A stretch of DNA of 59,178 bases, filler included, from Stramenopiles sp. TOSAG23-6 (Eukaryota), in NCBI GenBank assembly GCA_900128565.1. It is 10 parts of 10 records of this genome, joined end to end, with 100 filler letters (N's around TTAATTAATTAA, not from the genome) between each part and the next. Parts side by side here need not be neighbours in the genome. Positions count along the whole stretch, not along the records: positions 35,596 to 41,417 come from LT636822.1; positions 41,518 to 47,338 come from LT636823.1; 8 more parts are not named here. One strand, written 5' to 3'. A program made the translations under genes and the position numbers. Below the pieces are notes generated by a model. It saw nothing but the letters and a program-made list of their open reading frames with translations, did not search any database and was not told where the DNA came from. Shown here one piece after another: positions 35,596 to 47,227 of this stretch. The first letter of the stretch is position 1. Each line of letters starts with the position of its first letter.

Positions 35596-36396
35596 GCAAA
35601 TGATAGTGTATACGTTGAAGGCGNGAAAGAAATAGATGAAACTAAACCCGCAGAGATTGCTGAAGAAGAATTCAAAAAGAAAAATGATATATCTTCGGTA
35701 CAAGGTACCGAGAATACTGAATTTGTGGATCAAGTGGAAGAAGCTGAAGTACGGATGGCTGAAGAACAGTTCGCGAAGCGACGGAGTAAAGACGTATTGA
35801 CAAAGAGGCACCCGATTTGTGTAGCAAAAGAGATCACAAAAATTGGCGCAAAAGCTGCCAGTGCTGTATCAGTAAAATCAATAGCTCTAGCAAAAGAAAG
35901 TGCAATAATTGGTAGAAGTGCTGCAGCTAAACTACAGATGACGCAAAAGCCATCGACAATAAGAAATTCTACAGAAGATGAATTTAAAGGCGATGAAGAA
36001 GGAGAGGCAGATGTATTGGATTTTAACTATGTAGATCATAAACAAGAAAAGTCCCCACAACTATATGATGAAGTACTCTCTAAATCTAAAAATGTATTGA
36101 AGGACTTCTACTGGAAAGAAATGGGTTGCACAGTAGCTGAATTCCGGAATGACGTACGCCTACTGATTAAGGATTCATTAAGTAATAGATGCAAAGACAT
36201 AGACAGTAAATCTAATATTGATACGAAAGAGATTGACGATCTTACTACATTTTGCTCATTATTTGAATATCACCGTGACTTGTCCCTAAGGAAGATTCAA
36301 CTGAGTAAGACTTGCAATGAGTTGAGGAGTACATCTAAGGTGGATATGACGAATGTAGACAACATCATTACTAAGATGCGAGAGATATTTGATTAA
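35596..36396 (+). CDS. Hypothetical protein, 3' part
   Basis: Open frame from the contig start; no family recognised. Confidence 0.45.
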   Translation, partial: ANDSVYVEGXKEIDETKPAEIAEEEFKKKNDISSVQGTENTEFVDQVEEAEVRMAEEQFAKRRSKDVLTKRHPICVAKEITKIGAKAASAVSVKSIALAKESAIIGRSAAAKLQMTQKPSTIRNSTEDEFKGDEEGEADVLDFNYVDHKQEKSPQLYDEVLSKSKNVLKDFYWKEMGCTVAEFRNDVRLLIKDSLSNRCKDIDSKSNIDTKEIDDLTTFCSLFEYHRDLSLRKIQLSKTCNELRSTSKVDMTNVDNIITKMREIFD

Positions 36397-36462
36397 TCCA
36401 AATTATATAAAAATAAAATACTGTTTTATTTGGAAAACAAGAAATTTCGAAAGTTTCTCCTT

Positions 36463-38052
36463 TTATGTCGATTCTATATATTGATCAAAATGCATTGCTT
36501 TTTGTAATTCGGGGCTATGATAATAATGTGCTTGTCTATATGAATACGTTAGATACTCAAATCTTTCATCGCTCCCTTTGGGTTTGTCAGGATGATGAAG
36601 TCGAGAAAGTTTGAAATACATTTTCCTTCGCTCTTTTTCTTCTTGTGGCCATCGATGAAAACTTGAGAGATCCGTCAAACTTTCCCATTCAAGTGATGTA
36701 CTATCACGCTCAGATGGTTCGAATTGAACATATATTATATCCTTACCAAAACAATCTTTTGCACCATCTTCGAGATTTGCTAAGCAACTTTCTTGCGAAT
36801 TGAGAAGAAGCCTTTTGATAAATCGCCCTGCCTGTTTAGTCACCATGACACCGGATACTTTTATTTTTTCCATTGCACATGTTGGAGAAAAAATATTTCT
36901 AAAAATTCGAGATTTGTTAGGTACAAAATTTCGTACGAGAAAATAAATAAATTTGAAATTCATGATGAAAACGTACTGATTGAGGGTATTCTCGAAAGGC
37001 CAATTATATCATTCATGATAACAACAACAATAGCTCCTGCTGCTTCAGCCATTTGGAATTTTTTAGCATAATCACACTCCCCACGAACGACTACAAGTGC
37101 ATTTCCTTTAACAGCCTCATTATGTATTGACAAAAAATATTTTTTTTAAATCGTTAGGTATAGAATTTCGTATGAAAAAAACAAATTCGAAATTGAAATG
37201 AAAACGTACATTTTCTATTGTAGAGCAAGCATCTAGGGGATTTGAAAGGACTGCAATGATAGGATCTAATGACAATGGACCATTTATAGCAGATTGAATA
37301 AAATCAAAGCTTCCCAATTTCGTATCATCATGAAAGATATGTAGAGATCCAGATTTTGAAGGACCGCTTTCATGTATTTTGGAAAAATATTTCAAAAAAA
37401 AATCGTTAGGTACAACATTTCGTACGAAAAATAAATTCGAAATTGAAAAAAAAATAAAACATACACGTTCTGTACAAGACTTCATTTCCTTCATTTGGAC
37501 AGTAAGTAGCCTTGGCTTTGATCCTGCTGATTTTAAAGCATTTGCCATTTCGGAGAGTGAATTTACAGACTTTCCATTGATTTTTTTAATTTTATCTTCA
37601 ATTTGAAATACACCTCGCAGTGGGGAATCGTTGTTAATACTTGAGATATTCAACTGATTATCAAGACTTATACCAAGGGAAACATCACCATCAAGTTTTA
37701 GGTTTGCTTTATCTGATTTTAACTTCCGAAAGTGAAAAACGTGCTCGGTTTTACTAGAATTAGCGATAAACTTTTCAAGTGATTCTAATGTTTTGAGTGG
37801 CGTGTCTTCAATTGAAGCAAGAGAATCTCCAACAACAACGTTCGCATAACGTTTGCTCTCGATCCGAGTCAAGTCATCAAAATCAGTTATGATCAAATCA
37901 CTGCTTAAAAGAAGTCCATGTCGAGACTTTGGCACAGAAATATCTATGTCACATAATAATTTTCCTGTTATATGGGGCAACGCAAAGTATACACAAAAGA
38001 GTATCTTTCGAAAGACTAACATTTTTACTGCAAAATCCTTATATCGTAGCAA
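36463..38052 (-). CDS. Protein with PDZ-like, PA (protease-associated) and C-terminal J-like (HPD) domains; exons 38052-37465, 37371-37210, 37121-36977, 36878-36463
   Basis: LGISL..SPLRG..DKIKKINGKSV (PDZ); PLDACS..ALVVVRGECDYAKK..AGA..VMVTKQAG (PA); YFKLSRLHHPDK..F (J). Confidence 0.65.
36879..36976 (-). other. Family intron GT..AT
   Basis: Phase-1 join inside the PA domain. Confidence 0.8.
37122..37209 (-). other. Family intron GT..AT
   Basis: Removal gives TIEN|NEAVKGNALVVVRG. Confidence 0.85.
37372..37464 (-). other. Family intron GT..AT
   Basis: In-frame copy; removal gives CTER|ESGP. Confidence 0.8.
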
Positions 38053-38272
38053 ATATCTTTGTTCAACGGTAGTACGCGTATTTATTGAGATTATTGACAG
38101 TTTCAGATTTCCAATTCACGAAAATTCACGAAATTCGTCAAAAACGAAGTACGAATTTTCAGTATTAATTTGACAGCAATAAAATTGATGTCAAAAAAAC
38201 TTTTTAAAGCAAAAAGCCAATCTTGAAAACCAAAGAAAAAAACAGTATTTAACTTTCTTCAAGCTCTAAACA

Positions 38273-39139
38273 ATGTCAAACGTTGGATCTCAAAAATTAA
38301 AGAGGTCTCATGATGATCTTCAACCTTTTATTGACCTAACGAATATCTCAGAAAAGTCAAAAAAGAAGCATAAGAAGACTTCTTCTGTCATTAACTTGTG
38401 TGACGATATCGTTGATACAAATACTCTCTCTAATAAAAAGGTCTCGTATGCTGGGAGCTTGGTGTATGAGGAGACCAAAGAAAACACTTTTCATTTAACT
38501 TGGGGTGATATGAAAGCTTTAATTGTAGAGGCTGGGGGAAAAACAACAGAAAACGTCTCCTCTAAGACTGACATCTTAATTATGGGTGACACGGAACGTA
38601 TGTGGTCGCTGAAAGTTGCTTTTAAATCCAAGTCAAGTTTCAAAGAAGCAACTGAAGCCCCATCACCAGATAAATGGCTCAATTCGAAGAAACGAATTAA
38701 CATTGAAAAATTCAAAAATGAAAAAGGTGGTAAACTGGAAATTATTCCATTTCTTGACTTTATCTCTAAATACAATCTAGAGAGTAAGGTTCAAGATGAA
38801 CTTCGATGGGCACATACGTTTTTATCATGAATTTTAAATTTATTATTTTTTTCATACGACATTTTGTACCTAACAATTGTTTTTCCTAAAAATATTTTTC
38901 AAAATACACGATATCTCGGTAAGAGCTCTTTCCAGACACCAGGTTGGCGTCGCTCCTCATCTTCACTTCTTTCAAAGAGTCTAATGTGGCATACGGGGCC
39001 AAAAGAAGGTCAATTTGTGAAAAATTATACTGAGATTGGTATGAAAGGACGCTTGAGATTAGAACGAGAGAAGTGCAACATAAATATTTTACAGGCTGCA
39101 ATGAATTATGCATCGAGTCTCGATACAAAAACAGCTTGA
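38273..39139 (+). CDS. BRCT-domain protein (exons 38273-38813, 38910-39139)
   Basis: LSNKKVSYAGSL..MKALIVEAGGKTTENVSSKTDILIMG, a ligase/RFC1-type BRCT. Confidence 0.7.
38814..38909 (+). other. Family intron AT..AC
   Basis: GCAC|ATACGTTTT..AAAATACAC|GAT; contains an in-frame TGA; removal gives RWA-R-YLGK. Confidence 0.8.
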
Positions 39140-39298
39140 ATATCGTTGAATATATGAATATATGGCATAATAATAATAATCGCAATGATTCAGAATAGTA
39201 AATTAATTAAATGACATAATAATAATAATAATAATCGCAATGATTCAGAATAGTAAATTAATCATTCAATAAAAGTTGAAACGTTATCATTAGCATCG

Positions 39299-41359
39299 TT
39301 ATTTATTTATCTTTTTCTGGATTGTAGGTAGTGTAGATAGTGTACTATTATTTTCTGTATTTCCAGCCTCTTCTTCGTTTGACACATCATCTTCATCATC
39401 TTCTTCTTCTGAGTCGTTATCTGATGATTCCGAGGAGAGATCCGCCGACATATCTGAAACAGAAGATGAACTTGAAGAGGACGAAGTCGACACTCTTAAA
39501 GTAGATAAAAGTCTAGATTTTGAAGATGCTACTAATGGTGATAGGGCGCTCTCAGAAGTCATCTTCACCGAATTAGCTGCATTTGGATTAAAATTACCTT
39601 CGGTATACGAAAAATCTGTACTAAATTTCGTCTGTCTGTCATCAAATAAACCAAACTTTTTATTGTGAGCACTGAAAGAGTCATGTTGACTCTTTGCATC
39701 GGTGGTTGTATTGTCAGATGACATATATATATTAGTATTCTTCAATTTAGCATCAATTTTATGGAATATAGGCATTGTTTTTATCGCATCTCTTAATTCA
39801 CTCGGATCGATAAAATTCTTATTTTCCATTTTTGAAGTATTTTGAATATTTGGAAGTCTCGTTTGGTATCGATGACATGAGCTCACCATCGGTGCCATAA
39901 CTATATGAACTCTATGTTTTCGAATGATTTTATTCACTTCTGTACGACTAAGCATATGAGCAGTACATATTTCATCCATGCATCGCGAACCATCACATGA
40001 AGCAACAACAGCAGCGACAGAAAGATTTGCTTTTCTTCCAGCATATTTAACTCGATTAGACTCCTCTTGAATGACCCTCTTAATATCACCATCACGAGCA
40101 CCTTGTGCCATTCCTAGTCGAAATCTTCTATATCCCCTGCGTGCACGATCTAAATTGTCTCTTTGAGCTGGCGTAAGTCTACTACTTAAAACTGTCATCG
40201 GTTCTCCAAGTGGTTTGGTACACTTTTTTGTGGTTTCAAAATTAACACTTTTATTTGATATTTTTGGTGTTCCAAATCTATCATTCTGATTCAATAAAAC
40301 TTCAGTTTTATTTGTATCACCAACAACAACATGTTTATCTATATTATTTGTAGAACTTTTAGAACCTCTGTTACGAGAAATTTCCGTCATTCCAGATACA
40401 CTATTTAAATGAATATTAGATATTTCTTCTGTTTCAGTTGGATCCAAAGATGTTTCGTTTTGTACATTCTGATCAACTACTTCATTCATGGATGATATTT
40501 TTGTATTATTTTGGTCACTGCTCAATCCTGCTTCAGTTGCTTCAGCAAGTGTAGCTATAGCAGCAACACCTACAGCATGTGGACATACAGGGATTTCGTG
40601 TATACGCTGCAAGATTCCATGCAAAACTCCAAATAAAATAAGTCTCCTCTCATTAACATTCAAGTCAAATTTGGGAGTGTTTATAAAAGGTTCATTTTCT
40701 CGATGTCCTGAAACAAAATCTGATGCAATAGTTGAATGAAAATGTCCACCAGTACCATTTTCATTTGACGTCTGTGGCCTGATGTGAATATAACGACGAC
40801 AAATTTGACCGACTCGAATATCGCCCGTGAAAAAACTATACAACTCAAAAACTTGGGCTGGTGTTGGAAGAGGGCGATTAGCATTTTTTGAAACAAATAA
40901 ACAACAATCTCGTTGAAAATTACTGTCTTCTTTTGGACCACCCATGTATTTTGGAAAAATATTTCAAAAAAAAAAAACTAAAATTTGTTAGGTAAAAAAT
41001 TTTTATAAAAAAAAAAATCGAATTTGAAAAAAAATAAAACATACATCATACAAGTACGACCTGGACATAAAATACCAATCCTTGGGGTGACAACATATAT
41101 ATTCGAATATTGAAATGCATCACGTATTTTGGGAAAATATTTCAAAAAAAAATCGTTAGGTACAAAATTTCGTATGAAAAAAAAATCGGATTTGAAAAAA
41201 AATAAAACATACACACATTGCGATAGTATCTAAATGCAATAACTGACTTAAAATACGTTTTACATATGATATATGCACACCAGATGATTCTGATATTTGT
41301 CGTACAATGCGTTTTCCATCTATATGAGGTAATAATTTTTGCAGTGTCAAGTCCGCATC
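39299..41359 (-). CDS. NPRL2: GATOR1 subunit NPRL2/Npr2 (5' partial; exons 41359-41213, 41121-41045, 40943-39299)
   Basis: DLTLQKLLPHIDG..VRQIS, C|DAFQYSNIY, NERRLILFGVLHGILQRIHEIP, DGSRCMDEIC. Confidence 0.85.
40944..41044 (-). other. Family intron GT..AT
   Basis: Phase-2 join into ORF 39299-40945. Confidence 0.85.
41122..41212 (-). other. Family intron GT..GT
   Basis: TGT|GTATGT..AAATACGT|GAT restores the DxFQYSNxY motif. Confidence 0.85.
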
Positions 41360-41517
41360 ATATATTTTGGAAAAATATTTCAAAAAAAATTTAAAAAAAT
41401 TTGTTAGGTACAAAATTNNNNNNNNNNNNNNNNNNNNNNNNNNNNNNNNNNNNNNNNNNNNTTAATTAATTAANNNNNNNNNNNNNNNNNNNNNNNNNNN
41501 NNNNNNNNNNNNNNNNN

Positions 41518-42001
41518 GATTNAATCTGCAGCTATTGCTGGTTTTCCAATGGCTATTGCATATTGTACATATGTGGGTTGGAATGGTTATAAAATAGATT
41601 ATGAAAAAGCATTTAAGATGTTTATGGATATTAGTGATTATAGTTATGCTCAATGTTATATTGGCTATTGTGTTCAATATGGTAATGGTGTTGAAGAAGA
41701 TAAAAAAGAAGCTTTAAAGTGGTATACTAAATCTGCAAATGCAGGTAATAGTGATGGACAATATGCTCTTGCTGAGTGCTATTTTGAGAGTGAAGGTGTT
41801 GCTCAAGACGACGAAGAAGGTTTCAAGTGGTATATGAAATCAGCAAATACAGGCAATTGCGCTGCACAATATAAGATTGGTGATTGCTATTATTCTGAGA
41901 GTGGTGTTGAATGCAACATAAAAGAAGCTAAAAAATGGTTTACTAAATCGGCTAAAGCTGGTTATTGCGCAGCACAAGAAGTGCTTGATCATTTTTTTTA
42001 A
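41518..42001 (+). CDS. Sel1-repeat protein, 3' part (paralog of the next gene)
   Basis: Sel1 repeats nearly identical to 43370-43851. Confidence 0.85.
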
Positions 42002-42345
42002 AATTTGTATATTGTATCAATTTATAGAGATTATTCTTGTTTCTGAAAAACTAATCATGAATACAATTACAAAGTTGTATTTCTAATTTTAATTTGATTT
42101 GAAATAATAAAAAATTGATTTTTGTTCATCATTTTTTGTTTTTCGTGTTTTTCTGGCAAGTTAGCTGCATTTGCAAATTGCAACCAGTCAGTGTACACAC
42201 GTGCACACACGTATACGTATACACGTCAGTGCCACGTCGTCAGCTGTCAAATTCAATTTTCGACAAGGCAAATTGTTTTCATTTCAACAAAATTTATTTT
42301 TCTATCAAACGATTGGCTCTTGCCCTACAAAATTATTTCGAGATA

Positions 42346-43851
42346 ATGACAAACAATGATGTGCCTGATAACTTGATGTGTCCAATTACACACGATGTAT
42401 ACGAATATCCGGTTTTTGCTGCTGACGGTCGTACATATGAACGAGCTGCAATCATGCAACACTTTCGTACAAAAAATACATCACCTTTAACAAACGAAGT
42501 GTTGCCTAATAAAAACCTTGTGACAAACTTTCGTTGTAAGTCCCAGTGTACTGAATGGAGAGAGCATCAAGCTAACCATACCGTTAATATAGATAGATTG
42601 TTATGGGAATGCTTTCAAGCAAAAAACCCTACACATATTACTCAAGCTATTACACAAATTATTGAGTTGGTCACAGAGTGTGATTCTTGCATCCTTCAAA
42701 TGTCACGTCTCAAAAAAGTGATACCTGTAGAAATGATTACAAATGAAGTTGAAGCTGCTATGGCTTCATTATACATTATATGTAAAGAAAAGAATAATAA
42801 AGTTTTTCAGGAAATTTCTAAAATAAAACAAATGAGAAAAGTCAACGAAGAATCTGTTGTTGTTTTAGAAGCCAAGATTAAAGATGAAGAAGAAGAAAAT
42901 AATACTAAACTAAAGATAGCAGAAGATGCAGTTGAAAAGGTAAAACAACGATTACCCGAAGCAGAGAAACAACTTGAGGCTGCAAAACAAAATATGGAAA
43001 AGATAAAGAGTGCTATTAAAGATGCAGAAAATGAATATAAAAAAATTGTTGAAGTTCAAAAGAAACAAACTGATCGTTTAAATGGTTTAAAAAAGTTGAC
43101 CAAAACATTTAAAGAAGAGGAGACAAGACTATCTGCTTCATTGGAATCATTTGAGGATATTGTTGTTGATGAGAATGTACCACCTGAAGTATCAAATAGT
43201 AGTAGTAGTATTGAAAAAAAACGAAAATCAAGTTCATCATCATCTAATAGGACAGTAAAATGTCAAAAGATTGAAACTAAAGGTGCACAGAATTTATTTG
43301 AACTTGGTTATGCAAAATACGAAGGTAATAACTTTCAGAAAATTGATACAGAGAATGGACGACTAATGATTGAATCTGCAGCTATTGCTGGTTTTCCAAT
43401 GGCTATTGCGTATTGTACATATGATGGTTGGAATGGTTATAAAATGGATTATGGAAAAGCATTTAAACTGTTTATGGATAATAGTGATTATAGTTATGCA
43501 CAATATTATATTGGGCATTGCTATTATACTGGGAATGGTGTTGCTCGAGACAGAAAAGAAGCATTGAAGTTGTATATTAAATCTGCTAATGCTGGTAATA
43601 GTGATGCACAATATAATCTTGGTTTTTCCTATTTTGAGGGTGATGGTATTGATCAAGACGAAAAAGAAGGTTTCAAGTGGTTTATGAAATCAGCTACTAC
43701 AGGCAATTCTTATTCACAATGTAGGGTTGGTAATTGTTATTTTGATGGTGATGGTGTTGAAGAAGATATTGAAGAAGCTAAAAAATGGTTTACTAAATCG
43801 GCTACAGCTGGTAACAAGGTAGCACAAAAAATGCTTGATGAAAGTTTTTAA
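42346..43851 (+). CDS. U-box + coiled-coil + Sel1-repeat protein
   Basis: LMCPITHDVYEYPVFAADGRTYERAAI..TSPLTNEVL (U-box); C-terminal Sel1 repeats. Confidence 0.88.
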   Translation: MTNNDVPDNLMCPITHDVYEYPVFAADGRTYERAAIMQHFRTKNTSPLTNEVLPNKNLVTNFRCKSQCTEWREHQANHTVNIDRLLWECFQAKNPTHITQAITQIIELVTECDSCILQMSRLKKVIPVEMITNEVEAAMASLYIICKEKNNKVFQEISKIKQMRKVNEESVVVLEAKIKDEEEENNTKLKIAEDAVEKVKQRLPEAEKQLEAAKQNMEKIKSAIKDAENEYKKIVEVQKKQTDRLNGLKKLTKTFKEEETRLSASLESFEDIVVDENVPPEVSNSSSSIEKKRKSSSSSSNRTVKCQKIETKGAQNLFELGYAKYEGNNFQKIDTENGRLMIESAAIAGFPMAIAYCTYDGWNGYKMDYGKAFKLFMDNSDYSYAQYYIGHCYYTGNGVARDRKEALKLYIKSANAGNSDAQYNLGFSYFEGDGIDQDEKEGFKWFMKSATTGNSYSQCRVGNCYFDGDGVEEDIEEAKKWFTKSATAGNKVAQKMLDESF

Positions 43852-44018
43852 AAGTTTATATATTGTATTCTTTTTAAGTAAGTAGATGAATAAAAGACTA
43901 TGATGTAGTAAATATATTGTGATTACATCAATATATTAAAATAAAATGTTAATTGTACAATTTGTACCATCGATATATATTTATTACATACATATCATAC
44001 AATGTCATACAATGGTAG

Positions 44019-44988
44019 TTATTTAGAAAAATAGATTGGAATTCCACTAATTGTCTTCGTTAATTTGTTACTATTTTTTCTATTATTTTTTTGAACTTTT
44101 GTATTTGTTAATAATGATAATGCAACACTATAAAGCCCTTGATGGACTATACCAAGGCGTTTTTTCTTTACTGACTCAAATATTAACTATATTGTTGAAC
44201 AATATTTTACATTTACAATTCGTTAAAAAATTGAAAAAAAAAAATTTACATTTTTAAAATTGAAAAAAAAAAATTTTAATTTTTAAAATTGAAAAAAAAA
44301 AAAAAAATGAAATTCATAATAAAAACAAACATGCCATTCATCAGGACATTCTTTGCTAGTCAAAGCAGCTAAAAATGAAGTAGCACTAGCAGTAGCAATA
44401 TCATCCATTTGAGTTGTCCAAACTTTATTTGAAAGTCTTTTTTTCCTTAATTTCGGTCCTTCGATTTATTGATGAAAAATATTTTCAATTTGTTTTTTGT
44501 TAGGTACAAAATTTACTATGAAAAAAAAAAAAATATTATTGTAACCCTAACCCTAACATACAGTTTCATTTTCTGAAAAAGTAAATTTCGCCATTCTTGT
44601 GGAATTTCTTTATCTTTTAAACATTTGTATAATTGTTTTCTTTGTACTTTAATTTCTGATTTGCTATTCATTCTTAATCGAGTTTCTTTTGCTCTTTGTA
44701 CTTCTTTTTTAATCCAAGTTAACTCGACATTTATTTTGGAAATATATTTCAAAAAAAAAATCGTTAGGTACAAAATTTCGTACGAAAAAAAAATCATACA
44801 AAAAAAATAAAACATACATATGAAATTTTTTGACTTTTTTTTTGATTCTTATTTTGTTTTTCTTCAAAATCATTCAAATTATGATCTTCATTATTAAGCA
44901 ATTTGGTATTATTTAAATGAATATCGTTAATCTTATTATTAAATGTTAACCATACTATACTTCTATACGCTAAATGTATATCTAAGTC
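44019..44988 (-). CDS. 3' exons of an unknown protein (44988-44818, 44728-44562, 44463-44331, 44186-44019)
   Basis: Phases are consistent and the frame is open across three family introns. Confidence 0.55.
44187..44330 (-). other. Family intron GT(TTGT)..AG
   Basis: Ends ..CAATATAG; removal gives DEWH|LIFES. Confidence 0.65.
44464..44561 (-). other. Family intron GT..AT containing (TTAGGG)2
   Basis: GTATGTTAGGGTTAGGGTTAC..AATAAAT. Confidence 0.7.
44729..44817 (-). other. Family intron GT..AT
   Basis: Removal gives KISY|VELTW. Confidence 0.75.
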
Positions 44989-45211
44989 ATATATTGTGGA
45001 AAAATATTTAAAAAAAAAAAATTGTAAAAAAATATTTAAAAAAAAAAAAAATTGTAAAAAAATTAAAAAAAAAAAAAATTTTTAGGAAAAAATTTTCGTA
45101 GAAAAAAATTTTTTTTTTTTTTTTTTTTGAAATTTAAAAAAAAAAATTGTTAGGTACAAAATTTCGTATGAAATTTTTTTTTTTTTTTTGAAATTCATAC
45201 TAAAAACGTAC
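44989..45211 (-). other. Double-length family intron, probably two collapsed copies
   Basis: 223 nt with two cores. The flanking exon phases are incompatible and would create TGA. Confidence 0.55.
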
Positions 45212-45403
45212 AATAACTTTGAAGTTTACAAATACAATATCGACCTCTTAAATAATTTCCACGTTGTTTTGATGCTCTCCAAATTGATTGTATTAATACA
45301 GTTTTTTCTTGTTTTATTTGCATAGTTTTTCGTACTTGATATCCACGAAAATATTTCTGAATATTATGAGCAGCGACATGACGACTTCTAACATGTTTTC
45401 TCC
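45212..45403 (-). CDS. IQ-motif exon
   Basis: AAHNIQKYFRGYQVRK, VLIQSIWR, CKLQSY. Confidence 0.65.
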
Positions 45404-45505
45404 ATGTATTGTGAAAAAAACACGAAATCATGAAAAATATCGTTAGGTACGAAATTTCGTATGAAAAAAAAATTTTAAATTAATAAATTCATGATGAAAA
45501 CGTAC
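45404..45505 (-). other. Family intron GT..AT
   Basis: Typical consensus copy. Confidence 0.8.
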
Positions 45506-45653
45506 ATGCTCCTTCACTTGCCCATAAAGTTGAATAATTTTCATCATCAATATTGATCCCAGTAGACATGGAACTACATCTAGATTTAGGTTCTAATGAA
45601 AATACAGTTGATCCATCACTTTGAAATCGTCTCCAACATTGTCTTCCGCGAAC

Positions 45654-45796
45654 ATATACTATAAAAAAATATTATTTTTTTTTTTTTGTTAGTAAAAAAA
45701 AAAAAAAAAAAAAAAAAGCTTTTATTTTTTTTTAGTTTTTTTTAGTTTTCTATGAAAATTTCATACCAAAAAAATAATAATAATAATAAAACATAC
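45654..45796 (-). other. Family intron GT..AT (143 nt)
   Basis: GTATGTTTT..AGTATAT; phase-0 join. Confidence 0.65.
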
Positions 45797-47227
45797 AGCA
45801 GCAACTGCGCGGACAGCACGACGAACGGTACTTTGTTCAATTTGACTCAACATGGCAAAATCAGTCGCAACGCCATTCCAACCTGATTTATGCTGAACTG
45901 TCGATGTGGAAGAGGCAAAATTGACAGTCGTACCCAAAACATTCGCATTCTTTCCCATTTGTTTCAGCTTATTTTGTGTTCTTTTTTGTATTTTTTGTAT
46001 TTTTTGGTTTTTTTGTATTTTTTGGTTTTTTTGGTCATCTTTATCAATTATTTCAACTTTTTCATGTTGATTTCCATATCTTGACCCTAAACCTAATCCT
46101 ACATTTGGATGTTTGGCTATAATATTGTCTAGTAAAGCACCACCAGCACGACCAATCACAAGATCTTGAAGAAAATCATCAAAAGCTTTCTTTATCTTGA
46201 CAGTATTGGACAAATCGTTAGGGTTAGGCTTCTCATTTGTATTTGTATTTGTATTAGGGTTTATCCTTCCTACGATCAGTGAATACACTTCCTTTTCTTC
46301 CCATTCAAGTGTTTTTGCTAATTCATGATTTTTTTGATTGTCATCAAAGATATGAACGCCGTCTGGAAGTGCTTCTACACCACCACATACAAGATTTGAA
46401 GATAATTGTGTTACCATTTGTCGCTCATTTTGACCTATGTATTTTGAAAAAATATTTGAAAAAAAAAAATTCAGAATTTGTTTTCTATGAAAATTTCGTA
46501 CGAAACCAAAAAAAAAAAAAATTAAAAAAAACATACATGGAGCCAGCTACTAAAATAACCGATGAAAATGTACTACCAATACGAGCTAATATACATTGTA
46601 ATTTTGAAAGCCATTCAAGTTCAGACTCAATATCATACTTTGTAGATTTATTTTTTTCATATCCAGTGTTTAAATGATTTGTAGATTTATTTTTTTCATA
46701 TCCAGTTTTGGCCTTACCCCATGTATTGTAGAAAAATATTTCAATTTTTTTTTTTTTAGTTTCAAAAAAAAAAAAAAAATTTTTGTTAGGTACAAAATTT
46801 CGTATGAAAAAAAAAACAATTGAAAAAAAATAAAACATACATGACTCCACTCGTCGAACTAAAGCATCAATAGGATGCATTAAGCGAAGCAAAACTGGTG
46901 TTAATTCAACAGTTAGTTTTGTATGTGAAGGAAGGGTACACATACACAAAGCTATTGGAAGAAGTAATCTTGTTACAAAAGATGTATTCTGAAAAAATAT
47001 TTCAAAAAAAAAATTTCCGTAAAAAAAAATAGTTAGGTACAAAAGTTCGTACGAAAATCAAAAAACCAAAAAAAAAAAAAATAAAAAATTTAAAAAAAAA
47101 TAAAGCATACATGTTTTTAGAATTTTGACGACAGGTAAACCATCTGATATATTATTTGGCGCACACAAAACTGCTTTTACTGCATCGGAACCTCGACTAA
47201 AAAGCCGCTGAACATAATCTATGAAAC
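45797..47227 (-). CDS. Internal exons of a large alpha-helical (possibly HERC-like) protein (47227-47111, 46981-46841, 46720-46537, 46436-45797)
   Basis: The frame is open across three family introns; the family assignment is weak. Confidence 0.5.
46437..46536 (-). other. Family intron GT..AT
   Basis: Removal gives VAGS-I-GQNER. Confidence 0.8.
46721..46840 (-). other. Family intron GT..AT
   Basis: Removal gives RVES-W-GKAK. Confidence 0.8.
46982..47110 (-). other. Family intron GT..AT
   Basis: Removal gives ILKT-S-FVTRL. Confidence 0.8.

Noticed and set aside
39165-39262. Short intergenic tandem duplications (also 17839-17887, 20008-20060, 48280-48340)
   Set aside because: Two-copy local duplications with no further structure.
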